Below are positions 1 through 8,316 of a DNA stretch of 41,476 nt, one piece after another. The DNA is from an uncultured Gammaproteobacteria bacterium (GTDB lineage: Bacteria; Patescibacteriota; Patescibacteriia; UBA9934; GWF2-40-263). The notes beneath the pieces are model-generated. The model was not told where the DNA came from, did not search any database, and saw only the letters and a list, made by a program, of their open reading frames with translations. The stretch covers positions 1 to 41,476 of the forward strand of contig CAZELN010000003.1 of NCBI GenBank assembly GCA_964513275.1, written 5' to 3'. The position numbers and the translations under genes were made by a program. Position 1 is the first letter of the stretch, and each line of letters starts with the position of its first letter.

Positions 1-593
1 ACCCACTGGTCCTCGGGGTGGCCACCGTACGACTCGAGCCCCAGGCCGCCGCCGTCATGGCAGACGCAGAAGACGCACAGGTCGCCGTCGGAGTCCGCGA
101 TCGCTTCCATGGCGATCCGACGGTAGTCACCATTGGGCTGGCCGTCGAACTGGTCGGCGAGCGCCAGGCCCGTTTCAGCAGGACACCGGTAGAGGCCGAA
201 GGTGGCCGCGCGGTCGAGGAACTGAGCGTAGGTGTAGACCTGCGTGAAACCGAGATCCGCTCCGCTGACGTCCACGAGCGGGAGGTCGATCACCTCCTGT
301 GAGCAGGCGGTCTTGGCCGCGATGTCACGAGCCCACTTGTTGGGCTTGCGTCCTCGAGCCTCGATCGAGGCGAGGTAGGCCTCCGGGGTCTGGTGCCGGC
401 CGAGCATGACTGTTCGCCAGAGAGGGAAGGTACGCTGCTGGACGATCACCCGTCCACCGTTCTCCAGGAAGCGGACGAACTCCGGCGCCACCTGGGCGAT
501 GTCGTTGATGAGGGGCTGGATCTGGATCCTGCCCCAAGGGGTACGCTTGGCGAGCTCGCACATGAGCTCCCAGCTTTGTCCGATAAGAGACAT
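1..593 (-). CDS. Hypothetical protein, GC-rich; 3' end runs off the window (197 codons visible)
   Basis: Absent from the ORF track because there is no stop inside the window. Manual reverse translation from ATG 593-591 gives MSLIGQSWELMCELAKRTPWGRIQIQPLINDIAQVAPEFVRFLENGGRVIVQQRTFPLWRTVMLGRHQTPEAYLASIEARGRKPNKWARDIAAK... and stays open to position 1. AAGGAG (599-604, reverse strand) lies 5 nt upstream. Third codon positions are almost all G/C. The GC-rich block ends at this start codon. Confidence 0.6.
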   Translation of the reverse strand, partial: MSLIGQSWELMCELAKRTPWGRIQIQPLINDIAQVAPEFVRFLENGGRVIVQQRTFPLWRTVMLGRHQTPEAYLASIEARGRKPNKWARDIAAKTACSQEVIDLPLVDVSGADLGFTQVYTYAQFLDRAATFGLYRCPAETGLALADQFDGQPNGDYRRIAMEAIADSDGDLCVFCVCHDGGGLGLESYGGHPEDQW

Positions 594-688
594 GGTCTCT
601 CCTTCTATGGCTGCCTACTACACCCGCGCGACGCATTTGTCGCGCAAGCAGCAAACTTCGACCACAGCGAGAAAAGCCCAGAAGGCGC

Positions 689-718
689 TTGTCGCTATGG
701 TCAAAATGACGCTAGACT
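689..718 (+). promoter_or_regulatory. Sigma70-like promoter of truB (TTGTCG-18-TAGACT)
   Basis: TTGTCG at 689-694 and TAGACT at 713-718. The truB ATG is 11 nt downstream with no SD. Confidence 0.4.
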
Positions 719-729
719 ATAGCTGAATT

Positions 730-1470
730 ATGCCAAAAAGTCAAGAAATCCACCAGGAAACTCTTACAAAACAAGGCTTTTTGCTTATTGATAAACCCGC
801 AGGCATAACAAGCCATGATGTGGTCGACCGAGTGCGACGGCTCACGGGTGAACGGCGCGTAGGCCATGCAGGGACGTTGGATCCGTTCGCAACAGGACTG
901 CTTATCGTGGGCGTAGGACGTGTTGCCACGCGAGAAATGGAAAAACTCGTCGAACTCGATAAGGAATACGAGGCCGTCTTTGTGCTGGGAGCGAGTTCAA
1001 CGACGGATGATACGGAGGGAGTGATTACGTCGGAGCCTGTCGTGTGGTCTTCCGACGCAATAAACCAATTTATTGGGGAGATTGAACAAATTCCTCCGAC
1101 CTACTCGGCTATCAAGGTTGAAGGGAAGAAAATGTATGACGCAGCACGTGAAGGAAAGCCGATTGAGGGGAAGGCAAGGAAGGTAACGGTCTACTCGTTC
1201 GAGTTCGAGATCCCTCCACTCGCTTCGCTCGGTCGGGATGACATCAATACAACAAGACTCAAGGTACAAATTCGTTGCTCAAGCGGAACGTATATTCGAG
1301 CGCTCGCGAGGGATCTGGGCAAGGTGCTGGGTGGAGGAGGCTACGTGGAGGAACTGCGCCGCACTCACATCGAACCATTTTCGATCAACCAAGCATCTAC
1401 ACTCGAGTCGCTCGAAGGCCGTGTGGAAAGCGCCATCATCCCTGTTCAGACGCTTCTTGCTTCGCTTTGA
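730..1470 (+). CDS. truB: tRNA pseudouridine(55) synthase TruB
   Basis: GFLLIDKPAGITSHDVVDRVRRLTGERRVGHAGTLDPFATGLLIVGVG is the TruB catalytic-Asp motif region. The length of 246 aa fits. Confidence 0.93.
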   Translation: MPKSQEIHQETLTKQGFLLIDKPAGITSHDVVDRVRRLTGERRVGHAGTLDPFATGLLIVGVGRVATREMEKLVELDKEYEAVFVLGASSTTDDTEGVITSEPVVWSSDAINQFIGEIEQIPPTYSAIKVEGKKMYDAAREGKPIEGKARKVTVYSFEFEIPPLASLGRDDINTTRLKVQIRCSSGTYIRALARDLGKVLGGGGYVEELRRTHIEPFSINQASTLESLEGRVESAIIPVQTLLASL

Positions 1471-1693
1471 CAAAAAGCGGTTCATGGTGCTAACTTGAGC
1501 TTCAGCGAAATTAATGATTGTTCCTCTTGCGGAAGCTCACAGATTCCACGAAATTGCGTTGATTATGACCTTCGTCGCTTTCGAACGGTTTGTTCCAAGC
1601 CTTAACACCTTCATTCAGGAAGGTTTGTTGTTGTAAAGCGTTTTCGTGAAAATCTGGATCCATCATGAGCTTCTCTAAGAGCAGAGAAGTTTT

Positions 1694-3259
1694 ATGTTTA
1701 CTACCTATTTAGCAATCGCCTCCGTGCTCTCCTTGCTTGTAGGAGGAGCAGCCGGTTACGTGATCCGAAAGACTCAGGCCAAAAAGTCGGCAGACCACGC
1801 CGAGGCTCGTGCCGAAGCGATCCTGTCTGAAGCAAAAAAGAAACAGGAAGAGATCTTTGCTGAAACCAAGACGCGCGAACAAGAAGCGCTCCTGCGCGCG
1901 AAGGAAAAAGCTCTAAAAATCATCGACGAAGCGAAGCAAGACGAAGCTTCGCGCCGTCGAGACATCCAAGATCAACAGCGTCGGCTCGAGAAACGCGAGA
2001 CGATGTTCGACGAGAAGCTCGTTGAAATCGAGGATAAGAAAACGATGCTTGAGAAAAAGACCAAAGAGATCGATGAGATCAAAGATCGTATCGTACGAAT
2101 CCGCGAAGAGCAGGTGACGAAACTCCAGGAAATTGCCAGCCTCAACCGCGAACAAGCCGAAGCAAAACTCCTTGCCGAGATTGAACGCGATGCGGAAGCA
2201 GCGCTCATGAGCCGCCTGCGTAAACTCGAGCAAGAGTCAGAAGAGCAGCTCGAAATTAAATCTCGAAAAATTTTGTCACTCGCCCTCACCCGCTACGCCT
2301 CCACCGTTTGTGCCGACACAACGACCACCTCGGTCGAGCTTCCGAATGACGAAATGAAGGGACGCATCATTGGAAAAGAAGGTCGTAACATCAAGGCGAT
2401 CGAGTTGCTCACAGGAACGGAGATCATTGTCGACGATACCCCAAACATGATCACGATCTCTGGTTTCTCCCCGATCCGACGCCAAGTAGCCAAGCGCGCA
2501 CTGGATGAGCTCATCAAGGACGGCCGTATCCACCCAGCTCGTATTGAAGAGGCGATCCTCAACGCCAAGAAGACGATCGCCAAGGACCTGCGCAAGGCGG
2601 GAGAGGACGCGCTCTATCAACTCGGTATTCCCGTATCCAGCATCGATCCAAAACTCACCTCGATCCTGGGCCGCATGAAGTACCGCACCAGTTACGGTCA
2701 AAATGCGCTCATGCACTCCATTGAAGTGGGGACGATCGCGGGTATGATTGCCGAGGAGCTCGGCGCGGATGTGTTCATCTGCAAAAAAGGTGGTCTCTTC
2801 CATGATATCGGAAAGGCCGTTGACCACGACATGCAAGGGGCACACCCAGAAATCGGCTACAACATCATGAAAAAATTCGGCTTCCCAGAAGAACTCTGTT
2901 ACCAATCAATCGCGCATCACGAAGACCGTCCACGCACCATCGAAGGAGCGATCGTGAAGGCGGCCGACGCGATTTCTGGAGCCAGACCTGGCGCACGTAA
3001 GCAATCGCTCGAACAATTCATCCAACGTATGGAAGAATTGGAGCGAACCGCCTCTGCGTTTGATGGAGTCGAAAAAGCCTACGCGATCCAGGCGGGACGT
3101 GAAGTACGCGTGTTCGTGGAGCCAACGAAGATTGATGATTTGACTGCCTACCGACTCGCCAAAGACGTCGCCAACAAGATCGAGGCAGAGCTCTCGTATC
3201 CAGGAGAAGTAAAGGTGACGGTCATCCGCGAGACACGTGTGATTGAGTACGCGAAATAA
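1694..3259 (+). CDS. rny: Ribonuclease Y
   Basis: N-terminal TM helix, long charged coiled coil, KH domain (GRIIGKEGRNIKAIE) and HD domain (HSIEV...LFHDIGK). 521 aa. Confidence 0.95.
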   Translation: MFTTYLAIASVLSLLVGGAAGYVIRKTQAKKSADHAEARAEAILSEAKKKQEEIFAETKTREQEALLRAKEKALKIIDEAKQDEASRRRDIQDQQRRLEKRETMFDEKLVEIEDKKTMLEKKTKEIDEIKDRIVRIREEQVTKLQEIASLNREQAEAKLLAEIERDAEAALMSRLRKLEQESEEQLEIKSRKILSLALTRYASTVCADTTTTSVELPNDEMKGRIIGKEGRNIKAIELLTGTEIIVDDTPNMITISGFSPIRRQVAKRALDELIKDGRIHPARIEEAILNAKKTIAKDLRKAGEDALYQLGIPVSSIDPKLTSILGRMKYRTSYGQNALMHSIEVGTIAGMIAEELGADVFICKKGGLFHDIGKAVDHDMQGAHPEIGYNIMKKFGFPEELCYQSIAHHEDRPRTIEGAIVKAADAISGARPGARKQSLEQFIQRMEELERTASAFDGVEKAYAIQAGREVRVFVEPTKIDDLTAYRLAKDVANKIEAELSYPGEVKVTVIRETRVIEYAK

Positions 3260-3261
3260 GG

Positions 3262-3290
3262 TTGACAACCAGCCGTTTCTTTGCTACACT
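3262..3290 (+). promoter_or_regulatory. Sigma70-like promoter of the HU gene (TTGACA-17-TACACT)
   Basis: TTGACA at 3262-3267 and TACACT at 3285-3290. The ATG is 9 nt downstream with no SD. Confidence 0.55.
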
Positions 3291-3299
3291 CACAGTAAT

Positions 3300-3590
3300 A
3301 TGAACAAAGCAGAATTGGCTAACCGTATCGCTGAACAATTGGAAATCTCTCGGAAACTTGGAGAAGATTTCATTGCGGCGTTTGAAGAAATCGTAACCCG
3401 TGCCCTCACGCATGGAGAAGAAGTCACGATCGCTGGATTTGGAACGTTTAGCTCCCGCACGCGAAAAGGCCGTATCGGCGTGAACCCTCAAAACCCCAGC
3501 GAGAAGATCGAGATCCCGTCGGTGCTCGTGCCAAAGTTCAAAGCTGGAAAAGCCCTGAAAGATACCCTCAAAGGAAAACGAAACGTGTAA
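3300..3590 (+). CDS. hup: HU-family DNA-binding protein
   Basis: MNKAELANRIAEQL...GFGTFSSRTRKGRIGVNPQNPSEKIEIPSVLVPKFKAGKALKD is typical HU/IHF. I moved the start from 3243 to the ATG at 3300 because the upstream part overlaps rny and the promoter. Confidence 0.9.
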   Translation: MNKAELANRIAEQLEISRKLGEDFIAAFEEIVTRALTHGEEVTIAGFGTFSSRTRKGRIGVNPQNPSEKIEIPSVLVPKFKAGKALKDTLKGKRNV

Positions 3591-3598
3591 CAGAAAAA

Positions 3599-3628
3599 AG
3601 CGGGCCGCGAGGCCTGCTTTGCGTTTTC
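3599..3628. terminator. Bidirectional rho-independent terminator between hup and pyrC
   Basis: 8-bp stem AGCGGGCC/GGCCTGCT with a GCGA loop. It is followed by TTTGCGTTTT on the + strand and by TTTTTTCTG on the - strand. Confidence 0.7.
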
Positions 3629-4700
3629 ATTTGGCGAGTTGCCATTGTAGCGTGCGCCCATGCAGGTAAGGAACGATCTCGTTGCCGCCGCCTAGATCGA
3701 TCACCTGCGGTACATTCCATGGCAGCCAGACGAGTTCGATTTCGCCCTCGTTGAGAGGAAGGTCGTGCCAGCGCGCACCGCGCTCGCTGAGGAATCCTTC
3801 CACGGCTGGGAGCTCGTGATCTTCTTCAAACATCTCGACCACCGCGGCCACCTCCACAGGCGCCGTAAAGACGCCGAAGGTTGGAGGTGGAACCGTGCGT
3901 TCCTTGGTTGGACGTAGGTGTGGAGCATTGTCCGAGCCGAAGAAAAACCGCGGGTGCCAGAGTGCCGCCTTGCGCACTGCGAGCACGTCTTCAACACTCT
4001 TGGGGTACGGCATGCACTGGAGATGTGGATCTCGGTCGGCCTGGAGGGCCGTGACGTACATGTGGTGGGGCGTGACCGTCGCGGCCACGAGATCACCTTG
4101 ATCCATCACCCACTGAACCATCTGTGCATCAGAGATGTGCTCCACACAGATCTTGAGGTCAGGAATCCGTTCACGGATCCGATCAAGGATCGGGATGAAC
4201 TCCCGTTCGCGGCGCACCAGAGGAATCCGTCCATCAGGCACTTCCGCATGGAAGAGAGCCGCGAGTCCATGATCACGAACCGTCCGTAAACCGTCGATGA
4301 AGAGTGGATGAGAGTAGTCGTAAATGCCGTGCGCGGAGTTGGTCGTGCCGTGAGCCGGCATGGTTTTCACGCCGTAGGCTCCTGCGAGAAAGGCGTCTCG
4401 AACCATGTCAGGCATGGTGTCCGGTGAGGCCATGAGTACCATCATCGGCTCGAACTCTTGGAACCCAGCGGCCTGCGCAGCCCGGCGGATCTCGTCGCGG
4501 TATCTGATCATCTGCTTGGCCGTGAGAATCGGCGGAACGGTATTCCCAATCGCGGTGGCGCGTGCGAACTGTCGGGCAATGTAGGCGACCGTGGGCGCAA
4601 AGCGCGGATCGCCTGGCTCACGGAAATGACAGTGCCAATCGTCTGGCATGCGCATCCGCATGCGGATTGGTTCTTGGCAAGGATCTCGATCGATAGTCAT
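3627..4700 (-). CDS. pyrC: Dihydroorotase, E. coli-type (class II) amidohydrolase
   Basis: PDDWHCHFREPGD aligns with E. coli PyrC RRPDDWHLHLRDG. Also GVKTMPAHGTTNSAHG (carboxylated-Lys region), ATVTPHH and FFGSDNAPH. The start is set to ATG 4700, preceded by GGAGGT (3-nt spacer). Confidence 0.85.
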   Translation of the reverse strand: MTIDRDPCQEPIRMRMRMPDDWHCHFREPGDPRFAPTVAYIARQFARATAIGNTVPPILTAKQMIRYRDEIRRAAQAAGFQEFEPMMVLMASPDTMPDMVRDAFLAGAYGVKTMPAHGTTNSAHGIYDYSHPLFIDGLRTVRDHGLAALFHAEVPDGRIPLVRREREFIPILDRIRERIPDLKICVEHISDAQMVQWVMDQGDLVAATVTPHHMYVTALQADRDPHLQCMPYPKSVEDVLAVRKAALWHPRFFFGSDNAPHLRPTKERTVPPPTFGVFTAPVEVAAVVEMFEEDHELPAVEGFLSERGARWHDLPLNEGEIELVWLPWNVPQVIDLGGGNEIVPYLHGRTLQWQLAK

Positions 4701-4802
4701 GTAACCTCCGGAGAGGAGACTACCAAGTGTCGACGAAATCGACAACAGGTGGCATGGAAGACTCTTTCTACTCAATCATATAGTATGGACAAGGAGGTCA
4801 TC

Positions 4803-5480
4803 ATGTCGGATCCCAATCATGACGAGCCTGTGAAACCGCGCGGAGGATTCGCGCAGGCGTTGACAAAAGCCGAGTGGGAAATCAAATACGGCGACCGGCA
4901 ACGAGCTCGCAAAACGGCTCGCGCGTGGGTGGGCATCATCCAACTTGATGTGATCTGTTCAAGCGAAGGCTACATGCGAGGCTTCAGCACGCCGTACCCG
5001 CCACCCAAGTTCGCCGTCGTCCCGGCCGCGCCTGGAGTCAGGCTCTCGCAGATGGGCTTCCAAGTGACATACCTGCCAGCCGGATCGCCGTTCTGGTTTG
5101 ACCAGGAACATCTCGCCCAGATCACAGAGTTGTTCGACGGGCTCATGATCTCTCGTGTTCCAGATGAGCAATACACGCGGCAAACGGCGTTCCCGGAAAA
5201 TCGCGTGCTCGTCACTTGGTTCACGCAATGCCACGACGACACCAGTCCGATCCCGTTCAATGTGTTCCTACTTTCTCCCGACGGGAAGGAACGCGAGACC
5301 TCGCGTGTGAACACACGCCTCGTTGCCGCGTTCGCCACGGAAGAGGCGGCAACGGCCTGGATGTTAACCCGCACGACAGAACTCCATTCGGCTCACAACC
5401 GCAACCACAAGCGGCAATGCAGGGACAGAGACTGCGCACTCCGCAAGCACACATACGTCCCTCGCTACAACGAGGACTAG
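4803..5480 (+). CDS. Hypothetical protein (225 aa), no recognisable domain
   Basis: AGGAGG lies 6 nt upstream of ATG 4803. The longer ORF-track version (from 4458) would be antisense to pyrC. A terminator follows directly. Confidence 0.65.
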   Translation: MSDPNHDEPVKPRGGFAQALTKAEWEIKYGDRQRARKTARAWVGIIQLDVICSSEGYMRGFSTPYPPPKFAVVPAAPGVRLSQMGFQVTYLPAGSPFWFDQEHLAQITELFDGLMISRVPDEQYTRQTAFPENRVLVTWFTQCHDDTSPIPFNVFLLSPDGKERETSRVNTRLVAAFATEEAATAWMLTRTTELHSAHNRNHKRQCRDRDCALRKHTYVPRYNED

Positions 5481-5869
5481 CTTCCATCCGCCAACGCTTG
5501 GCGGATTTTGCATTGAAAAAACAACCCTTCCTCATAAGAGGTTGAGTTGTTTGAGTTAGCCTTCGCGAGGCCGAGTGAGCCACAGCCTGTAGCGCCTAAG
5601 AGAAGCACAATCAAGCAGATGATCCAGACCAGGCTGATGGTCGCGGGTGTGTTGGGCTTGTCCGCAATGAACAGCCATACCACGAGCGGCACCACGGCGA
5701 ATCCGATCCGTCCCAAGAAGGACTGGAGCGAGCCGAACGTGGCGCGATAGCTCGTGTGCACCCGGTGCTGGACAAAACTCTCCGTGAGCGGCTGGAAGAA
5801 GCCGCGGCCATGAAACCCAGGAACATCACCGGCCAGATGGGAGACCGATGCAAAACTCCACAGTTCCAT
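5477..5869 (-). pseudogene. Possible C-terminal remnant of a permease (MFS-like), about 130 codons
   Basis: RATFGSLQSFLGRIGFAVVPLVVWLFIADKPNTPATISLVWIICLIVLLLGATG looks like the last two TM helices of a transporter. No N-terminal part exists upstream. Its start overlaps the helicase promoter and its 3' end overlaps the neighbouring terminator. Confidence 0.3.
5488..5510 (+). terminator. Rho-independent terminator after the 225-aa gene
   Basis: CCGCCAA-cgc-TTGGCGG hairpin followed by ATTTTG. Confidence 0.6.
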
Positions 5870-5896
5870 TGACAATTCCCAAAAAAATGCTAGGAT
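5869..5896 (+). promoter_or_regulatory. Sigma70-like promoter of the helicase gene (TTGACA-16-TAGGAT)
   Basis: TTGACA at 5869-5874 and TAGGAT at 5891-5896. GGAGAG (5940-5945) lies 3 nt before ATG 5949. Confidence 0.5.
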
Positions 5897-5948
5897 TGTC
5901 GGTCAGTTGGCATGGAGCTAACTGCGCTCCTTTCAACCTGGAGAGTCC

Positions 5949-8273
5949 ATGGGAAACGCGCCGGACACCGGCCGAACCGTCATGCGCAAACGCGCAGGAG
6001 AGGTCGTTCGCGTCACACGAACCGACGCGACAGGTCAGCGTTCCAGCACAGATCTCCTGTCGCAGGCAAATGACCACGATGGACTGGTCACCACGATCCG
6101 CAACGCGACTATGCATCTTCTGAGGGCAACGGAGTCGGAAGCCGGAAAAATCGCAACGACCATCGACCGTCGGGATGATCAGGACAATGTCTTCCGAAAG
6201 ACGACTGCCTTCCTCGGATCGGTCAGCGAGAACCTGGAGAAGGATCCGACGTTCACCACTCCGATGGCGCGCATCATCCAACCTCCCCGTACAGGAAAAA
6301 CCATCCTGATGGGCGAGATCATCGGCGCAAGTGGCGCGACCGCGCTCATCCTGGTTCCGACGTTGTCACTGGTGGATCAACACCGAGAAAAGCTGCAACA
6401 GCAGCTGCCCACCGTGGGAATCGGGGTGCTCACGGGCGAGGAGAAACGGCCGCACTCGCGTGGCATCACCATCGCCACGTACGACACATTGGTCTGGATG
6501 CATCGCAATGGAACCGTGCCGGATTGGTTACGCTACGTCACCTTCATCTTCTCCGATGAAGGACATGAGTCCATGACCAAAATCCGACAAGAGATGCTCC
6601 GCGGCGCGTTCGATCCATCCTGCGTCCGTATCGCCTTCACAGCCACTCCTGACTACGACAAACGCCGCGCCTTGGCGATGTTTTATCCCAAACTCATAAG
6701 TGAGATCTCGCTGTCGGAATCCTACCGCCTCAAGCTCCTGGCCCAATTCAAGGTCTGGGCGCAGGTGGTAGACGTCGACGCCTCCAGCGTCCGGTTGGTA
6801 CAAGGAGACTATGACCGCGAAGAAATGGCTCGGCTCATGAATAGCGGTCCGGTCTTCGAGACATGCCGCCAAGTGCGCTGGCAGAAGGAAGACAACGCCT
6901 CGCGAGCCGCACTCATCTGCTGCTCCACTCGACAGCAGGCGCACGACTTGCACACCTACCTCATGAACAACCGCCCAGCCGGAACATCTCGGCCTGAAAT
7001 CATCCTGAGCGATACGGATCCCGACGAGCGACGACGCCTGCTGCGCGAGTTCGAAACTGGAAAGATCGACACACTCATTAACGTGGGTGTGCTCCTACGT
7101 GGATGGGATTCCAGGCGTTGCAAGCTGCTCATCGATCTCTACCTGTCGCTGTCGTTGGTTCGAAGCAAGCAGAAGTATTTCCGTCCACTCACAAAGGACG
7201 GGGATGCGGAAGCATCGATTTGGTTAATCGTGCCCAAACGGCTCCCGCGCGATCCGGTTCTCCCTTCGGTCGTGTTCGGCATCAGCATGCACGAGACGTG
7301 GGTTGGAAAACCCCTGTTCCACCAGCCGCCTGCGCACGTTGGCAAAATCAGGATCATCAGAAAACGCCGCCATACACCCATCCGGAACGTGGACGCCAAA
7401 AGCGAGACGGTACTTCATGGTGTGGAATTGCCTAGGCTGGATCCTACCTCGCTAGCACAGATCAGATCGGTTCTTGAGTCCAAACTCGTCATCACAGAAG
7501 AGCTCCCCCGCTACGACCGAGTTCGACGAACCGTGTTCGACCACCCGCTGTTCGGCGGCTGGGGCTCAGCCCTCCTGAAATACTGCGGGATCTACAGCTC
7601 CACAGCCTTCACAAGCTGGATCCAAACGCTCTACCCAGAGCAGGCGGGTACAGCGCTCCTGCGCCTAAACCGTCTGCACGAAGATGAAGGCTCCTGTTGC
7701 AAAGATGCACAAGCATTGGTCAATGCCGTCAACTCTGGCATCAAGGTTGGCGATGCATGGCGAACGGTCTTCGGTCCTGACGAAGACGAGGAGACCATCG
7801 ATCCAGAAACAACTCTTGTGCGAAAGCAGGAATGGGAGCGTGTCCTGGATCAGCTAAGGCGTCTTCCTGACGAAAGCCGTCTTATCCTGGAACGCGTCTA
7901 TCTTGCCGAGGACGACTCTAAGGTCTCGACGTCAAGACTTCAGGAGGCAGAGAATGCGTTGTGTACCCGAATGCACAGACAGCACAGCGAAGAGGCCCAT
8001 CAAAGCCTACTCGGTATCTTGAGAGCACGTGGGCTGCTCCTTCCCGAAGGTCAAACCGCTCACACTCCTGTACGCGACCGCGCTTGGGCACAACGGTTCT
8101 TTGCCGCGTTGGTAGCCAGTCGAGAACGGGACTACATAGTTGCAATGGGTGGTGACAAGGAAGCTCCTCCATGGACGACCTACCGCTCATCCTGGAAACA
8201 CAATTGGGAATACAAAAGTCTCATGTCTAGGAAGAAAGAGCTGATCGCTCAGCTTCTGAAAGAAGACGAGTAG
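5949..8273 (+). CDS. Superfamily-2 DEAD/DEAH-like (ResIII-type) helicase with about 370 aa of unassigned C-terminal sequence
   Basis: Motif I QPPRTGKT (aa 111-118), Ia LILVPT, II DEGH (203-206), III TATP (231-234) and a helicase-C region ...GKIDTLINVGVLLRGWDSRRCKLLIDL. Nothing recognisable after about aa 400. Confidence 0.85.
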   Translation: MGNAPDTGRTVMRKRAGEVVRVTRTDATGQRSSTDLLSQANDHDGLVTTIRNATMHLLRATESEAGKIATTIDRRDDQDNVFRKTTAFLGSVSENLEKDPTFTTPMARIIQPPRTGKTILMGEIIGASGATALILVPTLSLVDQHREKLQQQLPTVGIGVLTGEEKRPHSRGITIATYDTLVWMHRNGTVPDWLRYVTFIFSDEGHESMTKIRQEMLRGAFDPSCVRIAFTATPDYDKRRALAMFYPKLISEISLSESYRLKLLAQFKVWAQVVDVDASSVRLVQGDYDREEMARLMNSGPVFETCRQVRWQKEDNASRAALICCSTRQQAHDLHTYLMNNRPAGTSRPEIILSDTDPDERRRLLREFETGKIDTLINVGVLLRGWDSRRCKLLIDLYLSLSLVRSKQKYFRPLTKDGDAEASIWLIVPKRLPRDPVLPSVVFGISMHETWVGKPLFHQPPAHVGKIRIIRKRRHTPIRNVDAKSETVLHGVELPRLDPTSLAQIRSVLESKLVITEELPRYDRVRRTVFDHPLFGGWGSALLKYCGIYSSTAFTSWIQTLYPEQAGTALLRLNRLHEDEGSCCKDAQALVNAVNSGIKVGDAWRTVFGPDEDEETIDPETTLVRKQEWERVLDQLRRLPDESRLILERVYLAEDDSKVSTSRLQEAENALCTRMHRQHSEEAHQSLLGILRARGLLLPEGQTAHTPVRDRAWAQRFFAALVASRERDYIVAMGGDKEAPPWTTYRSSWKHNWEYKSLMSRKKELIAQLLKEDE

Positions 8274-8316
8274 TCCACGGCTACGCCGCTACGTTGAAAA
8301 ACCTCTGGCGGATTTT

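Noticed and set aside
18-726. ORF-track entries 18-302 (+), 325-654 (-), 393-722 (+) and 406-726 (+) in the GC-rich left edge
   Set aside because: They overlap one another and the better-supported minus-strand frame (ATG 593 with AAGGAG, strong GC3 bias, open to the window edge). Long spurious ORFs are expected in high-GC DNA.
1511-1666. 51-codon minus-strand ORF (MMDPDFHENALQQQTFLNEGVKAWNKPFESDEGHNQRNFVESVSFRKRNNH) in the 222-bp truB-rny spacer
   Set aside because: It has no convincing SD, promoter or terminator. It contains a hairpin (ACCTTC/GAAGGT, 1607-1624) followed by TTGTTGTTG, which fits better as a weak + strand truB terminator. The evidence is too weak to call a gene.
2276-2905. 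209-aa ORF antisense to rny, plus several shorter antisense ORFs at 1774-2595
   Set aside because: They lie entirely inside the confidently identified RNase Y gene. They have no motifs and look like typical shadow ORFs.
4458-4802. N-terminal 115 codons of the track ORF 4458-5480
   Set aside because: This part is antisense to the pyrC 5' region. An AGGAGG-ATG at 4803 gives a clean start in the intergenic spacer.
5826-6281. 151-aa minus-strand ORF overlapping the helicase promoter and 5' end
   Set aside because: It overlaps a helicase gene supported by a promoter, an SD and motifs. The sequence is low-complexity and Arg/Cys-rich, typical of the antisense of GC-rich coding DNA.
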